A stretch of DNA of 64,000 bases. Origin: Verrucomicrobiales bacterium (GTDB lineage: Bacteria > Verrucomicrobiota > Verrucomicrobiia > Limisphaerales > CANJXF01). Positions 10,392-20,010 of the stretch are shown one piece after another; the first letter of the stretch is position 1; each line of letters starts with the position of its first letter. Both the position numbers and the translations under genes were made by a program. Below the pieces are notes generated by a model that saw only the letters and a program-made list of their open reading frames with translations, was not told the origin of the DNA and ran no database searches. The stretch covers positions 28,750 to 92,749 of the forward strand of contig CANJXF010000006.1 in the NCBI GenBank assembly GCA_947478865.1, given 5' to 3'.

Positions 10392-11328
10392 GCTTCGCCA
10401 CATTTTTAAACCGGCCGATGCCCAACAGGAACGCGAATTCGAGCGCGCCAACGTAGAGAATAAGCGCGGTCGCTATCTTGAAACCAATCCCCTCGCCCGC
10501 TACGAGCGCGATCTGGTTTATCGGGAAAAAGTGGATCGGATCAAAGCAGGAATTGGCGAACCCAACGGACTTGTCCTGGACATTGGCGGCAACACCGCCG
10601 GCGAAGCCACGCTGCTGAAACAACTTGGTTACGACATCATCGTTGGAGACATCAACGAAACCGCGCTCGATATTTCCCGTGAACGCGTGGAAAAATTCGG
10701 TTTGAAAGCGCCGGGATACGTCGCACTTGACGTCCACCAATTGCCTTTCAAAGACCAATCCTTCAGCGCGGTCACCGTGATCGAAGCGCTGCATCATTTC
10801 GTCAATTACGACCAGGCGCTCAAAGAAATCCATCGCGTGCTCAAACCCGGCGGGAAGCTTTTCTCGCTCGAACCCTACGCGCTCAATCCGCTTCGGCGCG
10901 CATCGGAGGTTCGCGACCGTTTGCGCGCCACAATTGAGAAAAGTTTCTACATTTCACAACTCACGCGCCTCTGCCAGGACGCCGGGTTCGTCAACGTGAA
11001 TGTCGCATCCGTTCCTACGGGACGCTCCAGTTGGAAGCTGGAGGAAGTTCCGGCCTACCGGCGTCCGATTACGCGGCTTCACGCCTGGCTTTCCGTGAAT
11101 GCACCCTCGGTTTTCGGCACGCTGCGACTTGAAGCCAAAAAAGCCGGAACCATCGCTGAGAATGGCAAACCCGAGCTTGCCCAACTCTTTTGCAGCCCAA
11201 AAAATCGAAACGATTTGCGGCGCGACGCCGACAAAAAGCATTGGGTGGAAGCCAACGGCCAACACGCATTTCCCGAACTGAACGGCATCCCGGTTTTGAT
11301 CGCTGAAGATGCCATTGCATTGAAATAG
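10384..11328 (+). CDS. Class I SAM-dependent methyltransferase with C-terminal Trm112-like module
   Basis: VLDIGG, LPFKDQSF, ALHH, EI.RVLKPGG. C-terminus LFCSPKNRNDL...FPELNGIPVLI resembles Trm112/YcaR. Confidence 0.8.
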   Translation: MFKLRHIFKPADAQQEREFERANVENKRGRYLETNPLARYERDLVYREKVDRIKAGIGEPNGLVLDIGGNTAGEATLLKQLGYDIIVGDINETALDISRERVEKFGLKAPGYVALDVHQLPFKDQSFSAVTVIEALHHFVNYDQALKEIHRVLKPGGKLFSLEPYALNPLRRASEVRDRLRATIEKSFYISQLTRLCQDAGFVNVNVASVPTGRSSWKLEEVPAYRRPITRLHAWLSVNAPSVFGTLRLEAKKAGTIAENGKPELAQLFCSPKNRNDLRRDADKKHWVEANGQHAFPELNGIPVLIAEDAIALK

Positions 11329-11344
11329 CCGATTGCCTCCCGTC

Positions 11345-12682
11345 ATGGCTCAAGCCCAAAACATCGGCACGTTGGTCACGGCAATTTTTCAAACCTGGAA
11401 AACCGCAGGGATCGATTTTCTGGTGTTGCGGAACTATGAAACTCTCCCCGATTTCACGACCAACGATATCGACGTTCTCGTCGACAAAGCCCAACTCCCC
11501 CGCGCCGAGCAGTTGCTGATTTCCACGGCGGCAGCGCATCAATTCCGCCTTCACAACCGCGCGGAATATTCCACGCTCGCCCTTTATTTTTCCCATCCGG
11601 AAGACCTGAAGCAAATTCACTTCGACCTGTTCAGCAATTTGCAATGGCGCGGATTTGAATATCTCGACACAACTGATTTTCTCGCCGCAAAAGTCAATCG
11701 CGGCTCGTTTCCCATTCCATCGCCGATGCACGAGGCAGCCGCCAATCTGCTCGGGCTTTTCATTTACACCGGCCGAATTAAGGAGAGATACAAACCGTCG
11801 ATTTGCTCCGGTTTCCGTGCTGATGAGGAAGGTGCGATCCGTCTTTTGTCCAACACTTACGGCCCAAGCCTGGCCCGCTTTTTAGTAACCAATGCGGTTG
11901 GAGAATGCTGGCGCGTCATCGAAGGGAATTTCGCCGCCCTGCGCCGCGCATTGCTCTCCCGTCAATTTGGATTTCATTCGTGCAAAACCCTGCGCTCGCT
12001 CACGCAGAATTTTGTTCGAGTCCTCAAACGCTTTCTGCATCCACCGGGAGTAATGGTTGTCTTGCTCGGAGCGGATGGGAGTGGAAAATCCACCGTGGGG
12101 GCGGCAATTCTGGACAACCTGCAAAACACGTTCAGCCCGCTGAAAAACGTTTACCTCCACTGGAAACCTCGGCTGTTTTCCGCTGCGAAAGAAACCTCTG
12201 CACACACCAATCCCCACGGCCAGACGACGCGCGGGAAAATTGCCTCACTCGCTTATTTCGCCTTCCATTGGCTGGAATTTTTCTTTGGTGGATGGCGACA
12301 GCTTCGTCCGGTTCTTTTCCGCGGAGGAATTGTTCTCGTCGATCGTTACTATCTGGATTTGTTTGTCGATCAAAAGAGATACCGGTTGCAGGTGCCTCAA
12401 ATCATGATCCGCTTTGCCTATGTCTTCCTGAAAAAACCGGATCTCATTTTGATGCTGGATGCGCCCGCTGAAATTCTTCAAGCGCGAAAACAGGAAGTCT
12501 CGATTCAGGAAACCGCGCGCCAACAATTGGCGTATCGAACACTCGCTGCCAGCATGGAAAATTCCATTCTGCTCGATGCCGCCCAACCGGCCGAAGCCGT
12601 CGCACATCAAGCCACGAAAGCCATTTTGGAATTTCTCATCAAACGAACGCAAAAGCGCTTGGCCAAGGACACTCATGGCTAA
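11345..12682 (+). CDS. Fusion of a Pol-beta-like nucleotidyltransferase domain and a thymidylate-kinase-like P-loop domain
   Basis: N-terminal VLRNY..LP....NDIDVLV plus HFDL (NTase DxD..D). C-terminal GADGSGKST, VDRYY.D, KPDLILMLDA and ARKQE. Confidence 0.72.
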   Translation: MAQAQNIGTLVTAIFQTWKTAGIDFLVLRNYETLPDFTTNDIDVLVDKAQLPRAEQLLISTAAAHQFRLHNRAEYSTLALYFSHPEDLKQIHFDLFSNLQWRGFEYLDTTDFLAAKVNRGSFPIPSPMHEAAANLLGLFIYTGRIKERYKPSICSGFRADEEGAIRLLSNTYGPSLARFLVTNAVGECWRVIEGNFAALRRALLSRQFGFHSCKTLRSLTQNFVRVLKRFLHPPGVMVVLLGADGSGKSTVGAAILDNLQNTFSPLKNVYLHWKPRLFSAAKETSAHTNPHGQTTRGKIASLAYFAFHWLEFFFGGWRQLRPVLFRGGIVLVDRYYLDLFVDQKRYRLQVPQIMIRFAYVFLKKPDLILMLDAPAEILQARKQEVSIQETARQQLAYRTLAASMENSILLDAAQPAEAVAHQATKAILEFLIKRTQKRLAKDTHG

Positions 12683-13775
12683 AAACCCCAAATGGACGGA
12701 CTTGTTTTCCGCGGATCGAGGGCAAGCGAATTCGCATTTGCTGCAGCTGCGCGTCGTTCAAAAACGAGGTTGTTCATTTCTGGTGCTGCCGATGGATGCG
12801 CAGCCCGCGGTCGAGGCACTCTCGCTTTATTCGGCTCAAACTCCCGCCGCACGGCTGTTCAAGGCATTTCTTCGATTTGTCATGACGTGCCGGATTCCGC
12901 TCGGATTTGAAACCGCAGAGCTGCGCATCGCAACGGATGCGCGGTTTGTCCAATTTCTTTTGAAGCTGGGCAACCGTTCCACGATTCCGCCGCTGGCCAT
13001 TGCCTGCGGGAATCCGAGGACCGAAGGACAGCGATTTATCATTTTGATCTTCGATCCCGCCGGGCAACCCAGCGTGATTGTGAAAGCCGGGCTCAGCGAG
13101 ATCGCTCGATCGTTGATTGCAAAAGAAGATCAATTCCTAAAAAACGTGCCGGCGAAGTTGGGCATTCCCCGAGTTCGTGAATCGTTTGAATCCGAGCAGA
13201 TTCGCACGTTGAGCTTAGACTACATGCGAGGTCAATCACCGCGATTCACCGATTACACGCCCATGTTTTCGCTGGTGAACTCATGGCTGGAAGAAGCCCA
13301 GCCGATGCCGCTGCAGGAATTCGCTCTCTGGCGCCAACTCAAACTCGCCGTAACTTCGCCGCACTTTTCAAAATTGGAGCCGCGCATAGCCGAGAAAAAA
13401 ATTTACTCCACAATCTACCACGGCGATTTCGCGCCCTGGAATATCAAGGTGAATCATGATTCCTGGACAGCATTGGATTGGGAACGCGGCGAACTTGCCG
13501 GAATCCCGGGTTGGGATTGTTTCCATTTTCTCATCCAACCCGCGATTCTGGTCACACGAACGAGCACAGCATCTCTGGTGGAAGAGATTGAAACGTTTCT
13601 ACATCGGGATGATTTTAGGAGTTACGCAAAGCGAGCGCAAATCGCGGGAGCAGAGCGGGAGCTGGTTCTCTCGTATTTGCTGCAACAAATCGACGTCATC
13701 AAACCGAGCGAGGGAATGGTCGCGACGCAGAACCTCTTCAACGCCCTCGCCTGTCGCTGGCTAGCCGCCGCTTAA
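12675..13775 (+). CDS. APH/choline-kinase-like phosphotransferase
   Basis: VIVKAG (Lys), HGDFAPWNI (catalytic loop) and LDWE (Mg-binding). ATG 12675 overlaps the end of the upstream gene. Confidence 0.8.
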   Translation: MAKNPKWTDLFSADRGQANSHLLQLRVVQKRGCSFLVLPMDAQPAVEALSLYSAQTPAARLFKAFLRFVMTCRIPLGFETAELRIATDARFVQFLLKLGNRSTIPPLAIACGNPRTEGQRFIILIFDPAGQPSVIVKAGLSEIARSLIAKEDQFLKNVPAKLGIPRVRESFESEQIRTLSLDYMRGQSPRFTDYTPMFSLVNSWLEEAQPMPLQEFALWRQLKLAVTSPHFSKLEPRIAEKKIYSTIYHGDFAPWNIKVNHDSWTALDWERGELAGIPGWDCFHFLIQPAILVTRTSTASLVEEIETFLHRDDFRSYAKRAQIAGAERELVLSYLLQQIDVIKPSEGMVATQNLFNALACRWLAAA

Positions 13776-14522
13776 TTTGCGCCGGATGCGGTGGGCGGCC
13801 TTGGCCAGCCATTCACCACCGGAAAGGGGGGTGATTCGGTGCAAAGCAAAGCGCGGAGTAGCCTGCGTATTCACCCCGGATTGCGTGGTGCAAGCCGTGG
13901 AATAACCCGCGGCTTCCACGGCATCGCGAACCGCCGGATTCCACGAGCCGAACGGATAACAAAAATGACGAATGGAAATTCCAAAAGCGTCTTCCAAGCT
14001 TTTTCTACTTCCTGAAATTTCTTCGCGCAACTGATCCGGCCCCACCTTCCGCAGGTTTGGGTGGGTGGCGGTGTGCGAACCAATTTCGTGCCCGGCCGCA
14101 AGCCATTCTTTGATTTGTGACGCATCCATCAACCTTTCGGAAACGTCCCCTTTGGCAACATCCCATTCATTGCGCCGACCGAGAAAATCCGAAACTAAGA
14201 ATTGAATTGCGCTGAATTGGTGCCGCGCCAGAATTTCGAGCGCATTGCGGAAAACGTTTTCGCAACCGTCATCAAACGTGATGACAATTTTTTTGGAAAC
14301 GTTGCCGTTCGCGCGTTCTACGTCTGCAAGAGTTCCCGAAGTGAAACCAGCCTGACGCAATTCTGCCAGCTGTGAGGCAAACCGTTCGGGCGAATGGTAG
14401 AGGAATGGATCGAGCGTCCGTGCTGGAGGCTGGGCGACTTTGTGATACATCAAGACCGGCAAGCCCAGCGCGAACAGCCTTTGCTGCGACGACGACAGGA
14501 AAAAGTCTGACGGCGTAATCAT
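13761..14522 (-). CDS. Polysaccharide deacetylase (CE4/NodB)
   Basis: VLMYHKV, ITFDDG, GSHTATH and FCYPFG. Confidence 0.92.
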   Translation of the reverse strand: MITPSDFFLSSSQQRLFALGLPVLMYHKVAQPPARTLDPFLYHSPERFASQLAELRQAGFTSGTLADVERANGNVSKKIVITFDDGCENVFRNALEILARHQFSAIQFLVSDFLGRRNEWDVAKGDVSERLMDASQIKEWLAAGHEIGSHTATHPNLRKVGPDQLREEISGSRKSLEDAFGISIRHFCYPFGSWNPAVRDAVEAAGYSTACTTQSGVNTQATPRFALHRITPLSGGEWLAKAAHRIRRKLSGG

Positions 14523-14544
14523 GTTGTGCGGGCCTCGGCCAGAG

Positions 14545-15483
14545 CTAGCGGGCCACTGGTTTCGCGACCAGCCAGGAAATTAAGACAAGCAAATCCTCTT
14601 TCGAGTAATGCTGAAATTCCGGTGCGAGCTGGATTTTATTCAAGTCATCCGCTGAGCCGGCGGTGTTCGATTCCTTGGCGATTTGGAACTGCGCATCCTT
14701 CAGCAACTCGCGGTAATCAGAAATTCGAAGTCGGTTCTGCCAGATCAGCGGGCTGTTCAAATACCCCCATTGTTTGGGCGAGAATTTCAAAAAATTGATG
14801 GGCGTAATGGAACGGTCGAAGTACCAAAACTGATCGATCATATTAAGGTAATGACTCTGCGCGGCCTGGGAGGAAGCGATCCTGCGGAATTCTGCGAAGA
14901 TATTCGCCAGCACCGGTCGTGGAATATATTCGAGCACGCCGGTTGAAAAAAACAAATCAACGGAACCGTCGGGCAACCCGGTTTTTTGCGCATCTTGAAC
15001 CCGCACATGGATATTCAGCCTTTCGAGAAAATCGATCGGCTCATCGGTGTCGACCCGGCTATTGAGTTCCCTTAGCTTGGCCATTCGATCCGGGCGCAGG
15101 CGGGGCAGGTGTTTTTTCAAGGTGCCGTTGGCATCGTGCTCAAAGAAAAATTGCAGCATCTGCTTCACGCGCGCCCGCTTGAGCAACGGATCGATGTCAA
15201 ACGTCCAAACGTGTGACGCTCCGCAGAGAAAAAGCCCGACCGGCACGGTGGGAAACCAACCTGTCCCGAGTTCCAGCGCGCTGAAATTTTCCGCGCGTTC
15301 CGGGTAAAGTTCCAAGTAATTCTCCAGGTGCATCCGGCAATCGTTCAGCTTGCCCTCAAACCGATTTGGACTGAGTTCCAATGATTTTGTGACGTAGCGC
15401 TGAAAGAGTTCATTCCATCGCTGACTTTGGGGCAGGAGCGAAATGGTCCGCTGAATTGCAGATTTGATCAGCCAATTGGGCAT
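14545..15483 (-). CDS. SAM-dependent methyltransferase (glycan-associated)
   Basis: LELGTGW (motif I), DLFFSTGVLEY and QNRLR.SDY. Start probably ATG 15483. Confidence 0.78.
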   Translation of the reverse strand: MPNWLIKSAIQRTISLLPQSQRWNELFQRYVTKSLELSPNRFEGKLNDCRMHLENYLELYPERAENFSALELGTGWFPTVPVGLFLCGASHVWTFDIDPLLKRARVKQMLQFFFEHDANGTLKKHLPRLRPDRMAKLRELNSRVDTDEPIDFLERLNIHVRVQDAQKTGLPDGSVDLFFSTGVLEYIPRPVLANIFAEFRRIASSQAAQSHYLNMIDQFWYFDRSITPINFLKFSPKQWGYLNSPLIWQNRLRISDYRELLKDAQFQIAKESNTAGSADDLNKIQLAPEFQHYSKEDLLVLISWLVAKPVAR

Positions 15484-15582
15484 TCGCAAATTGTGCCAAG
15501 ACGATTCACAAATGTGAAGAATGAATCCAAAAAGGCGGCGGGCTTGCATTGGCAATTCTGATTCTTTAGCGTGTTTTTCCAG

Positions 15583-17463
15583 ATGCCTCACCGTCTTAGA
15601 GTTCTTCTTTCAGCCTATGCCTGCGAACCGAATAAAGGCTCCGAACCGGAGGTCGGTTGGCAGTGGGCCTTGCAGATGGCCCGTTTCCATGACGTGACGG
15701 TGCTTACCCGGCGCAACAATCGCCTGGAGATTGAGAAGGAGCTTGAGGTTCTTCGCGGAAAAGTTCCACTGCCCACGTTTCTGTATCATGATGAAGAGCC
15801 GGTGTTTCTGCTCATGAAGGCGCGTTTCCGGGCGGTAAAATCGTATTACGTCCTTTGGCAAAAATCCGCTCACGAGCTGGTCGCGCAACTTCACAAAGTG
15901 AAGCCATTTCACCTGCTCCACCACGTCACATTCGCCGGCTATCGCTATCCGACCGTCATCTGGGATCAGGGAGTGCCTTGCGTGTGGGGACCCATCGGTG
16001 GAATTGAATCAATCCCGATGCGATTGCTGCCGTGGACGCATCCAACTTCGCTGATCCATGAGTCGCTGCGCAACATTCATAATTCTCTTCAATCGCTTCC
16101 GTTCAACATCCTCCCAAAGCGAGCGCACCAGTCCACCACCGTTCTCGCCTCCACCCATGAGATGCAGCAAATCCTGTCTCACCTCGGAACTGATGCGAAG
16201 TTGGTTCCCACAATCGGGTTGCATCTGGAAAGTTCGCCTGCACCAAGGAAAGAACGAAAGCCGGGGCCAATGCGGCTACTTTTTGTGGGCAATATCATTA
16301 CTCTGAAGGGAGTGGATTTGGCGCTGCAGGCGTTAAAGAAGTCCAATACGGACGCGACATTCACGTTGGTCGGCGACGGGAATTTCCTCACCGCTGCCCG
16401 GCGGCTCGCGGAGAAACTCGGCTTGCAGGCGCGCGTCGAATTTCGCGGGCGATTACCGCGGGCGGAGGTCTTGCGGCTTTATTCCGACTTCGATGTTTTT
16501 ATTTTTCCAAGCCTTCATGATACCGGCGGCTATGCTGTGATCGAAGCGATGTCCGCCGGTTTGCCGGTAATCTGTCTGGATTGCGGAGGGCCAGCAGTGG
16601 CCGTGCAAGCAAACTGCGGGCGAAGAATCCCGTTGGGCTCACGAGCGAAAGTCATCGAGCACCTCGCAAGCGCCATTTGCGACTACAACCAGAATCGAAA
16701 CCTTTTCATTGAACATGGAGACGAGGCCCTTAAGTCCGTTTCGGAACGCTACGGTTGGGGGAGAAAGGGCGAGCAAATGAACGAGATTTATCAAGAAACC
16801 GTTGCCTCTGTTAAAGCGCCGAGGCAGACGAGAAATGTCTTTCAGACTGCCTGGAAGTTTTTCTCGATTAAACAATTTCTCCTCAGCACATCCATCTTGT
16901 TCATGCTCGGCGTTTTGGGTTTTTTAAGCGTGAGCGCTCTGAAGAACAAAGCGGAGCTCATCGTCACCAAGAGTTTGCCCAGGCTTTCCTACGCGGGTGC
17001 GGCCAACGCGAATCTCTCCCAGGCCTTTAATCGAACCCTGCTGCTGCTGACCACCGAAGACGCCGATAAAATCGCGGAATTTCAGCGCGACATCGAGACC
17101 TTCAGCGAAATCACCACCAAGTGTTTGGAGGGTTACAAGAATTCAGTGGATTCCGATTTCGATAAAAGAAACTTCGAACGACTTCTGCATAAACGCGAGG
17201 CCTATATTCTGGTCAGGAACCAGGTCGTTGAGCTGGTGGGAAAGAATCAAAAAAAAGAGGCAACAATCCTGTGCAAAAAGTCACTTTTACCGGCCTATCT
17301 TGACTACAAGGAAGCGGGCGATGTCCTTTTGGATTACAATATGCAAGAGGGACGAAGCCGGGGTGAAACCATCATGGATGTCTGCACCTACACGCAGTTA
17401 TTCGTGGCGGTATTTCTCGTCGGCGTCTTCATCATGGGCTTTATGATCGGCCTGTTCCGATGA
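15583..17463 (+). CDS. GT4 glycosyltransferase fused to TM + MCP-type four-helix-bundle sensor + TM
   Basis: SAYACEP..GSEPEVGW, KG, FPSLHDTGG.AVIEAM..GLPVICLD (GT4). Then TM FLLSTSILFMLGVLGFLSV, about 150 aa of amphipathic helices resembling 4HB_MCP_1, and a terminal TM. Confidence 0.75.
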   Translation: MPHRLRVLLSAYACEPNKGSEPEVGWQWALQMARFHDVTVLTRRNNRLEIEKELEVLRGKVPLPTFLYHDEEPVFLLMKARFRAVKSYYVLWQKSAHELVAQLHKVKPFHLLHHVTFAGYRYPTVIWDQGVPCVWGPIGGIESIPMRLLPWTHPTSLIHESLRNIHNSLQSLPFNILPKRAHQSTTVLASTHEMQQILSHLGTDAKLVPTIGLHLESSPAPRKERKPGPMRLLFVGNIITLKGVDLALQALKKSNTDATFTLVGDGNFLTAARRLAEKLGLQARVEFRGRLPRAEVLRLYSDFDVFIFPSLHDTGGYAVIEAMSAGLPVICLDCGGPAVAVQANCGRRIPLGSRAKVIEHLASAICDYNQNRNLFIEHGDEALKSVSERYGWGRKGEQMNEIYQETVASVKAPRQTRNVFQTAWKFFSIKQFLLSTSILFMLGVLGFLSVSALKNKAELIVTKSLPRLSYAGAANANLSQAFNRTLLLLTTEDADKIAEFQRDIETFSEITTKCLEGYKNSVDSDFDKRNFERLLHKREAYILVRNQVVELVGKNQKKEATILCKKSLLPAYLDYKEAGDVLLDYNMQEGRSRGETIMDVCTYTQLFVAVFLVGVFIMGFMIGLFR

Positions 17464-18465
17464 TCACGTTGCGGCCAACAATTTGGATTCGACCAAGCGG
17501 CTTTCGACAAACGCTTTTACTCTCACCCACACCTCCGCCTCACTCACGTTCAGCAGGCAATGGGGCGCGGGGAAACGGCAATAATCAAAGCACGGTTTGT
17601 ACGGACAGGCCTTTCCCTCAATAAAATCACCGCGCGGATGCAGGGGCGCAAACCACTCGGGTAACTGTGCTCCCATGATGGTAAATGTCGGGCACCCGCA
17701 TTTTGCGGCAAGATGGCCGGGGCCGGAATCGTTGCCAATGAAGAGTGTTGAGTCGTCAATTATCTGCAATAGCTCGGCGATCGTTTTCGGCGCAACAACC
17801 GTTTTTTCGCCAAGGTCCAGCCATGATTGCTTCTGGTCGGCGTCGCAAGCCACCTGCACCGGGTGTCCAGAGGCACGCAGGCGTTCCACGATCTTTTTGA
17901 AACGAACCAGAGGCCAGACTCTCACCGCTTGCCCTGCCCCGCTATGGACTAAAATTTTCTCCCCTTCCCTGAGCCGCTCAAAGTTCAGATCTTCTTTTGG
18001 AGGGAGTTCCAGGCCCAACGCCTTGCCGAGTTCACGCCAACTCTGATAACGGTGCGCGGTGCGTTCCGGCAATGGCAGCGGCTGGGTTAAAAAGCTCTGG
18101 CTGTGCAAGCGCGAAAATCCAAAGCGCCGTTCCGCACCAAAAGACCACAAAAGGAAATGATCGCGCGGATCCCATCTGCCCGAGACACCCACTTGAAAAC
18201 GTTGCGATGAAAGATCCCGCCACAGCCGGAAAATCCTCAACCACGGCCAGGAAAGAAACCGATATTTCCCAGTGAACTCCGTCCAGGGTGCCGAGAAGGG
18301 AATCACGGATACTTCGGGCCAAAACCGCTTTTGCAGTTCCAGAGCGAACGGTTTTGCGAGGAGAGTCACCTCATATTTTTTACTGGCTGCCTTTAGGAAA
18401 GGCGTGGCAATCGCCAAGTCGCCAATCCCCCACAATTCCAGCACGATTAGTTTTGGTTTCATCAT
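17464..18465 (-). CDS. Glycosyltransferase family 9 (heptosyltransferase-like)
   Basis: IGDL....P, HSGAG...R.WP and FIGNDSGPGHLAA. Confidence 0.9.
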   Translation of the reverse strand: MMKPKLIVLELWGIGDLAIATPFLKAASKKYEVTLLAKPFALELQKRFWPEVSVIPFSAPWTEFTGKYRFLSWPWLRIFRLWRDLSSQRFQVGVSGRWDPRDHFLLWSFGAERRFGFSRLHSQSFLTQPLPLPERTAHRYQSWRELGKALGLELPPKEDLNFERLREGEKILVHSGAGQAVRVWPLVRFKKIVERLRASGHPVQVACDADQKQSWLDLGEKTVVAPKTIAELLQIIDDSTLFIGNDSGPGHLAAKCGCPTFTIMGAQLPEWFAPLHPRGDFIEGKACPYKPCFDYCRFPAPHCLLNVSEAEVWVRVKAFVESRLVESKLLAAT

Positions 18466-18717
18466 GACACGAATCTGGGGAGGAGCGGCTAGCCACTCAA
18501 CCCCGAGCCCTTGGCCCCTTCCGTTTCCGAGGTGACTAAATTCATCGAGACACTGAAAAGTTTAAATAGGTTTCGCATCATGTAAAGTCTGGCCTCACGG
18601 CCTTTGCCTTCATTTGATTCGGCAAATCTGTAATCAATCTTCGAAGAGACAAGGAAATCCTTCGCCTCATTCAATGTTTTTCACGACAAACGCCTTGGCA
18701 TTTGATACGAATTGGCC

Positions 18718-19602
18718 ATGCGCAAAATCCTATTCACCCTGCTGGTTGCTTTCGCGGCGCTCACATCGCAGTCGCAAAACAACGTTCATTTTACTCGCAC
18801 CGAAGATATCCTTTACGCACGAAAATTCGGCACCGCCCTGACGCTCGACGTGATCCAACCGGACAAACCGAACGGACTCGGCATCATCTTCATGGTCAGC
18901 GGCGGATTTTTTTCCAGTCACGAAGCGATCAACCCGAAATCGTATCAGCCCTATCTGGAGCGCGGCTACACCATCTTCGCCATCGTGCATGGGTCGCAGC
19001 CGAAATTTACCATCACGGAAATCGAGCAGGACATCCATCGCGCGGTGCGGTTTGTTCGGCACAATGCGGCCAAATACAAAATCGATCCGAACCATCTCGG
19101 CATCACCGGCGGCAGCGCGGGGGGACATCTCTCGCTGACCATGGGCACGCAGGGAACAAGCGGCAATCCCGACGCCAAGGATCCGATCGATCGCGAGAGC
19201 AGCGCGGTCCAATGCGTGGCCTGCTTTTTTCCGCCAACTGATTTCGCGAACTGGGGCAAGCCAGGCGATGACGCCGTGGGCGTTGGCACTCTGGTCAAAT
19301 TCCAGCCCGCCTTCGGTTCGCGCAGTGAAACAGCCGAAAGCCGACAGGCCTTGAGCAAAGAGATTTCTCCCATCCATTACGTCACGGCCAAAATGCCGCC
19401 CACCTTGATCGTCCATGGTGACTCAGACAAGTTGGTACCGCTATACCAGGCGCAAGCCTTTGAGAAACGCTGTCGCGAAGTTGAGGCGCCGTTCAAGCTG
19501 ATCGTGCGCGAAGGCAAAGATCACGGCTGGCCCGGCATGGACGTGGACATGCGCGTCTTCGCCGACTGGTTCGACGAACACCTGCGCGGGATCAAGAAGT
19601 AG
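18718..19602 (+). CDS. Secreted alpha/beta hydrolase (esterase/lipase, BD-FAE-like)
   Basis: Signal peptide; SGGF oxyanion loop, GGSAGGHL nucleophile, HGDSDKLVP (Asp) and GKDHGW (His). Confidence 0.9.
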   Translation: MRKILFTLLVAFAALTSQSQNNVHFTRTEDILYARKFGTALTLDVIQPDKPNGLGIIFMVSGGFFSSHEAINPKSYQPYLERGYTIFAIVHGSQPKFTITEIEQDIHRAVRFVRHNAAKYKIDPNHLGITGGSAGGHLSLTMGTQGTSGNPDAKDPIDRESSAVQCVACFFPPTDFANWGKPGDDAVGVGTLVKFQPAFGSRSETAESRQALSKEISPIHYVTAKMPPTLIVHGDSDKLVPLYQAQAFEKRCREVEAPFKLIVREGKDHGWPGMDVDMRVFADWFDEHLRGIKK

Positions 19603-19729
19603 GTTTTCATGAATAGGGAGGCGCAGGGTAAACAGGATATCGGCCCAACGCCTTCCCTGAAATTCTGCCTATCCCTGTAGAAATTTCCTCGTCCTTGTCT
19701 TTGCCTTGCGATTTCGCATAATTTTCTTC

Positions 19730-19957
19730 ATGCCAATCTACGAATTTCATTGTGACAAATGCGGCGCGGACAACGAACTGCTCGTGCGCTCCAGCGACTG
19801 GCAAGGCACGCCCTGTCCCAAATGCGGTTCGACCCGGCTGACGAAAAAGTTTTCCACCTTCGCTTCCTCAGTCAGCGGACAGGATAGCGGCCCATCGTGC
19901 TCAGGTGTGCCCAGCTCGTGCGGCCGCTGCGGCACCGGCGTGCCTCACTCGCACTGA
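19730..19957 (+). CDS. FmdB family zinc-ribbon protein
   Basis: MPIYEFHCDKCG...CPKCGS..L.K..S.F, followed by a Cys/His-rich tail. Confidence 0.9.
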   Translation: MPIYEFHCDKCGADNELLVRSSDWQGTPCPKCGSTRLTKKFSTFASSVSGQDSGPSCSGVPSSCGRCGTGVPHSH

Positions 19958-20010
19958 AAATCAACCCAGCGACAACCCATCGTGTTAAGAATCACCTATA
20001 GCCTGCTGTT

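Noticed and set aside
19610-19680. Possible degenerate inverted repeat (CAGGG/CAGGAT...ATCCCTG) after the hydrolase
   Set aside because: The pairing is too weak to call without other copies.
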